From positions 28,010 through 92,009 of the forward strand of contig JAQBRI010000009.1 of the NCBI GenBank assembly GCA_028286585.1: DNA of 64,000 nucleotides, read 5' to 3'. Below, one piece after another: positions 44,901 through 53,900 of this stretch. The notes beneath the pieces were generated by a model. The model ran no database searches. It was not told where the DNA came from and saw only the letters and a program-made list of their open reading frames with translations. Position 1 is the stretch's first letter. Each line of letters starts with the position of its first letter. The translations under genes were made by a program, and so were the position numbers. This stretch comes from Candidatus Kaiserbacteria bacterium (GTDB lineage: Bacteria; Patescibacteriota; Minisyncoccia; Phycocordibacterales; UBA2100).

Positions 44901-47900
44901 ATTGCAGTGCCACCATTACTGACTGGAGGAGTAAATGTGATTGTTGCTTGGCCGTTACCACGTGTTGCCGTTCCTATAGTTGGTGCACCAGGCGCTGTAG
45001 CTGGTGTTACTGCATTACTAGTACCCGAAGAAATACTGGTACCTGACGCGTTCGTTGCCGTTACTGTAAATGTGTACGTTGTTCCATTTGTGAGACCAGT
45101 AATTGTGATTGGTGAGCTGCCGCCGGTTGCGGTAAAACCGCCGGTGTTTGATGAGACAGTATAATTTGTAATTGGTGAGCCTCCCGAATTTACTGGAGGT
45201 GCAAAAGTAATAGTTGCTTGTCCATTTCCGGGAACTGCCGTAACACTCGTCGGCGCATTTGGTACCGTTTGATAATTTAAATATGCATAAGTAGTTCCCG
45301 GCGTAATCGCCCAAACTGGCGAAACAAAATCCCAGTTTGTATATGTCGCCTGGGTCTTCAATGCAGTAGTAGTTGTACCTGTCATTCCTGCCGGATCGGC
45401 ACCATTACCAACACCATTACTTTTGCCAGATGTAACGTTGTCCCAATAATCAGATACGTAAGATCCACCGATTGGATTTCCAACAATGCCTCCCACATAT
45501 TGAAGTGCCGCAGCACCAGTTGCTCCTGAGGCGCCCGCGGCGCCTCCTGTTCCTCCTGTTCCTGCAGCGCCTCCTGTTCCACCTGTTGCACCACTCGTTT
45601 TGGTGCCTGTCGGCACACCTGTTGCGTATGTATTTGTAATCACCGCATTATTACTTCCAAACAATCCTCCAGCATACGCGTTTCCGCCAGCACCTCCGGC
45701 GCCGCCTGTTGCACCCGTACCATTTACACCAGCCACTCCGCCTCCTGCTGCTCCGGCGTTTCCGCCAGCACCTCCTATCGCACCGGTTCCCGGAGTTCCG
45801 GCCGTAATAGTGACGTTTCCACGTGCGTAAGTATTTGTTATAACTCCCGTGTTCTGACCAACAAGTCCTCCGCCTGTCACATCACCTCCAACACCTCCTG
45901 TGCCGCCAGTTCCTCCAGTGGCTCCTGCACCACCGTTTCCAGATCCACCCGATCCACCAACGCCTCCGTTTCCGCCCTTTCCGCCGACCGCACCATTGCC
46001 TCCGTTGCCTCCTGTTATGCTTACGTTTCCGGATGAATAACTCGTATTAAAAGTTCCGGTCGCAAGATCTGCTCCCATAAGCCCGCCCGCAAATGATGCG
46101 CCGCCGGCACCACCATTTCCTCCTGCTACAGAAGCACCACCTGCGCCACCGGCAAGTGTTCCGCCTGCGCCACCTGTACTAACGGTACCCGAGAGTCCTG
46201 CGGAGGCACCAGCGCCACCAACAAGTGAGACATTTCCTGATGACCACGAAGAGAGCACAGTACTTCCCGAAGCGTTTTGTCCGACAAGTCCGCCAGCATA
46301 TGCTGCGCCTCCGGCGCCTCCCGCCGCAGTTGCACCCATTGCTCCGCCTATACCACCTGCGCCGGTTGGACCACCCGCGCCGCCGTTTCCTCCGACACCA
46401 CCTGCACCACCTACGCCGCCAGCAGAGCCGTTTACGTTCACGGCTCCAGTTCCATATGAAGTAGAAATCGTTCCGCCATTATTTTGTCCAACAAAACCAC
46501 CGCCATACGCGATACCTCCAACACCTCCTGCAGTACGTGCGCCAGCAATGCCGCCAGTTCCGCCAGTTCCCGCAACAATTCCTGCGCCGCCCGCCGCACC
46601 ATTTCCTCCCAATCCGCCAACGCCTCCTGCGCCGCCGGTTACCGTAACAGAACTGTTTGCATATGAATCTTTAATCGTTCGCCCAGTATTGTTATATCCA
46701 TTAAATCCACCCGCGTATGCAATACCTCCAACACCAGCCGCGCCCGCTGAACCGCCCGCGCCGCCTGTCGCACCATTTGCAGCCGTTGCGATTCCGCCGG
46801 CAACTCCAGCGCCGCCAGTTCCTCCAACACCTCCTGCACCAGCCGAACCCAAAACTGTTGTTGACGCGTAGGACCCCGAAAGCACGGTTCCATCATTAAA
46901 GCCAATGAGTCCGCCCGTATAAAGAACTCCTCCAGAAACTGCTGCGCCGCCTGCACCACCTGCACCACCAACTCCGGCTGCTCCAGGTAATCCTCCTATG
47001 CCTCCTGTACCACCGGACCCGCCGACTCCACTCGTGCCAGTAACAGATGCGCCAATTGCATAACTTGTTGCAATAGTATTAAGCGCATTCACGTTGTTAC
47101 CAATGAGTCCGCCCGAGTAGGACGCGCCACCAATTCCTCCAGCACCTCCTGTTCCGCCAGTGCCTCCAACATGTGCACTTGTTCCGAGACTTCCATCGCC
47201 GCCCGCGCCGCCTGTCGCACCAGTTGCACCGTTTTTAGCAATCGAAACAACACTACCTAATGCAAACGAATTTAAAACAACTCCGATTGCGGTATTGTGT
47301 GCAATGAGTCCTCCAACATATGCTGCACCTCCTGCTCCTCCTGCTCCTCCTGCTCCACCCGAGGCGGCAGTACTACCCGATACACTTCCAGAAGCACCTC
47401 CCGCAGCTCCCGCTCCCGGTGTTCCTGCAGTGCCACTCGTTGAAGTAGCATTTCCTGTCGCGTATGAATTTCCTTGAATCGTACCAAAGTTAAAAGCGAC
47501 AAGTCCGCCGGCATATGCTGCACCGCCCACGCCGGTAGCGCCACCCAAGCCGCCGGTTCCTCCGATTGATCCAGATCCACCGGCGCCACCAATCACTCCC
47601 GCCGCGCCATTACCGCTGGTGCCGCCATTTGCAATAACATTGTCAGTTGAATAACTTGAAGTAATGATGAGGTTGTTACTCGCGGTAGCACTGGTGCGCC
47701 CTACCAACCCACCGGCATATGCAGCACCGCCAGCTCCCGACGTACCTCCACCGCCCGTTGCAGCACCAACTGCCGCGGATCCGCTGGTGCCAGAGGCTCC
47801 TGCGCTTCCTCCATTTCCTCCTGTGCCACTTGTCGAGGTTACAATATTGCCTGTTGCATATGAAGTAAGAACGTTATTGGCCCCGGTTGTCGCACCAGTA

Positions 47901-50900
47901 AATCCAGCTAATCCTCCTGCGTTACCGTCGCCTCCTGCTCCGCCAATTCCGCCGGCACCTCCCGCGCCGCCAACAGAACTTGCTGCACCATTTGCACCAA
48001 CTCCTCCTGTGTTTCCAGTGCTTCCAATACCACCCGTTGCGGAAACTGCTCCCGTTGCATAACTATTCACTATATCGCTTTGTCCCCCTGTTGTAACAAA
48101 ATTCAATCCAATCAAGCCGCCGGCAAAACCCGAACCGCCGGCTGCAGCAAGCACAGCGCCACCGCCAGCACCTCCTGCAACTGTTGTTCTAGATGCGCCA
48201 CCATTTCCGGACGTTCCTGCTGTTCCCGCATTTCCGCCGGTTGAAGAAGCATTCCCAGTAGCATAATCAAAACTATAATTTACGATTCCAGAAGTAACAT
48301 TAGTGTACCCAACCAAACCACCTGCGTTACCATCGCCTCCGATACCTGCCGAACCGCCAAGTGCTCCTGCCGAACCTGCATGAGTTACGGTTCCGGTTGA
48401 ACCATCACCTCCCACACCACCTGCTCCACCAGTGCCTCCAGTTCCGCCGGTGACCGTAGCATTTCCCGTTGCATATGAATTAAGTATTTGTAATGTTTGT
48501 GTAGTTGCATTTATACGTCCAACGAGTCCTCCGCCATACGTCACACCACCTGCACCACCGGCACCTCCTGCACCACCTGCAGCTGCAATACCACTTGCAA
48601 TTGTGCTACCACTCGTGCCTCCTGCTCCTCCCACTCCTCCCGTTCCTCCAGTACCTCCCGTGACTGAAAAAGAAATCGAGGAGTACGAATTATTCTGAAT
48701 TGTTCCAAGGTTATCACCAACAAGTCCACCATAACTACGAGCGCTTCCGGCGCCTCCTGCACCTCCTGCAGTTCCTGTACCTCCGGCAAAGGCGCCTACT
48801 CCAGTTCCGCCCGCACCGCCAATTCCGCCGGTTCCTGCCGTTTGCTCAGTTCCCGAAATCGCGATCGTATCAGAATACGATGTTGTAATAATTCCGGCAG
48901 CACTATTAAATCCCGCAAGACCTCCAACAAATGTACCGCCGCCCGCGCCTCCTACGCCTCCAACTCCGCCGGCACCTCCTGCACTTCCAGCTGCAAGTCC
49001 CGAGCCTCCAGCACCGCCATTTGCACCATTTCCCATTGCACCGCCCGCGACACTAATATTTCCTTTTCCAGATCCGGCATCAACACTTGCATACGACGCA
49101 ATAATTTCGGATGCGTTATTTCCTACAAGTCCACCGACATGAATCAAACTGGACGCGCCACCGGCTCCGCCTGCTGATCCCGCTGCACCACCACCCGCCG
49201 CTCCGCTTCTTCCAGCGGTTCCGTTTTGTCCTGCACCCCCAGTCACATTGAGTGCAGTCTTTGAATACGAAGTCTGAATAACTCCGATCGAATATCCCAC
49301 AAGACCACCGACATATACGCCGCCGCCAGCACCTCCTGCACCACCTGCGCCTGCAATACCATAAAGCGCTGTTCCTGTTCCAACTCCGCCCGCGCCGCCC
49401 TGCGCGCTTGCTCCGCCGGCACTCCCTGTCACGGTAACGGTTCCCGTTTGTGAGTATGAATTAGTAATTGTTCCAACAAAGTTTTGTCCAACGAGTCCGC
49501 CGGCCTGCAGTGCACCAGCAACGAGTCCGCCGCCAGCACCTCCGGCACCGCCCACTCCGCCAGTACCACCTAAGTGGTTGGTCGCGAGTGTTCCATCGCC
49601 GCCCGCACCACCGACACCTCCTGCACCACCTGACCCACCAGTTGCATTCACATCGGATGTTGCATATGAATTATTTATAATTCCAGCAACGGTATTGTTT
49701 CTTCCTACCAAACCGCCTACGTTAACTGCTCCGGCCACACCGCCAGAAGCACCTGCGCCGCCCGCTGCTGCTGTGCCAGCTGAAATATTTCCCGAAGCTC
49801 CTGCAGTACCTCCAGCGCCCGCGGCACCACCGGCACCAGAAAAAGCACTTACTGCTCCTGTTGTATGAAAACTGCTTTGAATTGTGGTTGGACTGTCTCC
49901 CACCAAACCTCCCGTATAGTTAACTCCTCCACCTCCACCGACTGCTCCATTACCACCAGCACCCCCAAGAGACGCGGACCCTCCTGCACCACCGGCACCA
50001 CCAGAGCCCGATGCTCCACCTGCTCCCGATGTTCCTCGGATAATTCCTGTTGAACTTGATGTCGCAATATTTCCTCCAGAAGCTGCTGCTGCTGCGACAA
50101 GGCCACCTGCGTAGGATGCGCCGCCCAATCCAGCAGCTCCACCAGTTGCACCCGCTCCTCCCGCCGAGGCTGTACCGCCAGCACCTCCGGCGCCGCCATT
50201 TCCTGCAGCACCGCCCACTCCGGCAAGGACAGTCACGTTACCTGATGTAAATGAATTTCCAATAAAAACGTTTGTGTTTGTAAATCCAAGGAGTCCACCT
50301 CCGTTTGCAAATCCTCCTGCGCCTCCAATTCCTCCTACTGCTCCCGCGCCGCCCGTTATAGAATTTGTTACCCCGCTTCCGCCCGCGCCACCTACTGCAC
50401 CTGCACCGCCCGCTCCGCCCGTTACTGTTATGTTTCCTGAAGCGCGAGAATTATTTATCGACTGTCCAGTTCCCGAGTTAAATCCTTCGAGTCCGCCTGC
50501 GTATGCACCAAAGTTAAGTGCTCCGCCGCCTCCGCCCGCGCCACCAGTTCCACCGACTGCTCCATTTGTACCGGCAACTGCCGCACCGCCCGCACCACCG
50601 CTGCCTTCTGTAATAGTGACATCGTCGGATGATGACAATGATTCAATAATCACATCTGCAAGCGAATTGAGTCCGATAGCTCCGCCACTATAGATTGGTC
50701 CGGCAACACCACCCGCGCCTCCGGTTCCACCAGTTCCATTTCTTCCACTTCCCGATCCGCCCGCGCCGCCAGTTCCGCCAGTTCCCCCAACACCACCCGA
50801 ACCGCCAAGAGTTACAGTAATTGTTCCTCCACTACTTGAAGAGGAGGCAATATTTCCATTACCTTGTCCTGCGAGACCGCCAATATATACCACGCCACCT

Positions 50901-53900
50901 CCGCCGCCGGTACCTCCAGTTCCTGCTACTCCGCCTGCATGCCCTCCTGTTCCCAATGTTCCGTCTCCGCCATTTCCACCTGCGCCTCCCGTTCCGCCAC
51001 TTCTTCCGCTTGCGGTAAGACTACCAATAACGATGTCATTAATAAGGACTCCTGAGTTATCGCCAACAAGTCCACCGATGTATTCGGCACCGCCAACTCC
51101 ACCGATACCTCCGGTCCCTCCCGTTGCACCGGTGCCTCCGGCAATATTTCCCGAAGCACCAGCGGCACCTCCCGCTCCCGCGCCACCCGCGGCTCCTCCC
51201 ACAACACTAATAGAAGTAATTGTGTATGTTACGTCTCGAATGATTCCAGTATTGAAACCCATGATGCCTCCGCCCGCAGCAAGTCCGCCGGTACCACCGG
51301 CACCTCCTGCGCCGCCCGCTCCACCAATTGCTCCGGCTGTACTGCCGCCGGCACCACCCACTCCACCTGTGACGCCAGTACCTCCGGCACCTCCCGTTGA
51401 AGAAATAGTTCCAGTAGTATTTGGAAGACTGATTGTTGTTCCTAGGACACTATCGTTACCAATCACTCCTCCTGCGTATGACGCACCACCGACTCCTCCT
51501 GCACCTGATGTAATTCCCGCAGCTCCTGCAACACCAGCGCCCGATGTTCCAGGAGTTCCGGCAAGTCCACCATTTCCCGCAGCTCCGCCAAGAGCAACAG
51601 CATTGCCCGCAGCATATGAATCAGGACTTACGACCGCTGCATTAAATCCAACAAGGCCGCCCGCAGCGGCAAGTCCTCCGGCTTCGCCACTCAATCCGGC
51701 GACACCTCCCGTTGTACCAGCCGATCCGCCGGCAAACGCACCCGAAGAATTTCCTCCGTTTCCGGTTGTCGCTCCCGCCGCTCCTACTCCACCGGTTGCA
51801 AGTGCGTTACCTGATGCGTGCGAACCATTTTGAATTATTCCGTTTGTCGTATTAAAACCGACGAGTCCGCCCGCGTACGCAAGACCTGCGGCGTTTGATG
51901 CTGCAGCACTAGCCGAAGTATTTCCTCCAGCGCCGCCTGTTGTACCAGCTCCACCATTTCCTCCGCTGCCGCCGGCACCTCCCGCCCCGCCCGTCGCTGA
52001 GGCATTGCCTGTTGCGTACGAACCATTAATTACTCCACTACTATTTCCCGCGAGTCCTCCTGCGTACGCTGCCTTACCCAAAGCAACAGCAGCGCCTGCG
52101 CCGCCCGCAGCACCAGTGCCTCCGACACCTCCGTTACCACCGCTTCCAGTTACACCCGCGGTTGAAGTTGCGTTAATAGTCGCGTGTGATCCCAAAATGA
52201 CACCGCTTGTTGAATTGTTTGCGACGAGTCCGCCGGCGTATGCAAACCCGCCAAGCGAAACACTTGTTCCGCCAACTCCACCAACTCCGCCCAAAGCACC
52301 ACTTCCACCTGTGCCCCCTGCTCCACCATTTGCGCCTATTCCACTTGCTCCACCTTGTGAGATTACAGAACCGGATTCTATATATGCATTTATTATTGTC
52401 GAAGTATTCAAGCCGACGAGACCACCAGCAAACGAGTCCCCACCCGCGCCAGCAGTTCCCCCTGTTGCACCCACCGCACCAACATGTGATGACCCTCCTG
52501 CTGATCCGTTTCCAGCAACACCCGCTGCTCCACCATTTTTTCCAGTTGATCCGGTTGCAACAATACTTCCGGACGCGTATGAATTTATTATTTCGTTTAA
52601 GTTGTTACCCACGAGTCCGCCCGCGTATGCAATAGCACCAGCGCCACCGTTTCCGCCAAGTCCACCTGCTGCTGCAGTACCCGAGTTAAACGTTGCAGTT
52701 GTAGCGCCTCCCGCACCACCTGCACCAGCATTTCCTGGCGTGCCTCCTACAGATGTGACATTGCCCGTTGAGTATGAAGTGGTTCGAATGATACCGCCGT
52801 TTTGTCCGACAAGACCTCCAGCCGTACTGATACCACCCGCGCCACCGTTGCCTCCGGTCGCTCCAACTCCACCAATCGCATTTGTTCCGCCGGTGCCTCC
52901 TGCACCACCCACTCCGCCAATGCCACCAGTTCCTCCGGTTACTGTCGTGCTACCGACCGCATAACTTGTAGTGACTGTTCCCAATGAAATGATACCAACG
53001 AGTCCTCCACCAAATGCGGCACCTCCTGCACCTCCCGTTCCACCCAATGCTCCAGCTCCACCTGTTGTACTTGCTGCTCCAGTTCCACCGGCACCTCCTG
53101 CACCTCCAATTCCGCCCGTGCCTCCAAGAGAATTAACGGTGCCCGTTGCGTAGGAAGTTAAAATTTCTCCAGTCGTCAAAAATCCAACCAAGCCTCCAAC
53201 ATACGCAATACCTCCGACAGCTCCTGTTCCTCCGGTAATGCCGGCCAAACTTGTACCACCCGCGCCACCTGCTGCTGCAGCACCGCCCGCGCCTGCTGTG
53301 CCGCTCACGTTCCCTGTTGAAAAATCATTGGTCAATGTTGATCCAGTGTTGTTTCCTACAAATCCGCCCGCATACACAATACCCCCCGCTGTTGCGGTAC
53401 CCGCAGCTCCGGCAAGTGCACCGGTGCCGCCCGCACCCCCTGCTCCTGCTGCACCTCCTGCGCCCGCAACACCTGTAACTGATCCAATAGTGTAATTACT
53501 ATCAGTAATTGTGAGTGCATTATTTCCAGCAAGTCCTCCAACATACAGAATTGCACCTGCTCCTCCAATACCACCCGCAAGACCGGCGAGTCCGGTGAGT
53601 CCTGTAACTCCGTTTGCTCCGGCACCTCCTGCGCCGCCGGTTCCATTTACAATATTTTGTGCACTCGATGTTTGAATGATTCCTGTATTACTTCCCACGA
53701 GTCCGCCGGCATATGTTGAAAGCACGTTTGCAGATCCGCCGGTGCCCGATGCACCGCCCGCACCTGACGTTCCACTTGAACCTTTGGTACCGCCCGCGCC
53801 TCCCGTGCCGCCAACTCCACCCGTGCCGCCAACAACAGTCACTAATCCAGTATTTGAAAAAGATGAAATAATTATTCCCGAGTTAAGACCAACAAGTCCT

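Noticed and set aside
39590-45265. The regular 270-nt periodicity could superficially resemble a repeat-spacer array.
   Set aside because: The period is far longer than CRISPR units, there are no short conserved repeats separated by unique spacers, the whole region is one open reading frame encoding FN3 domains, and no cas genes are present.
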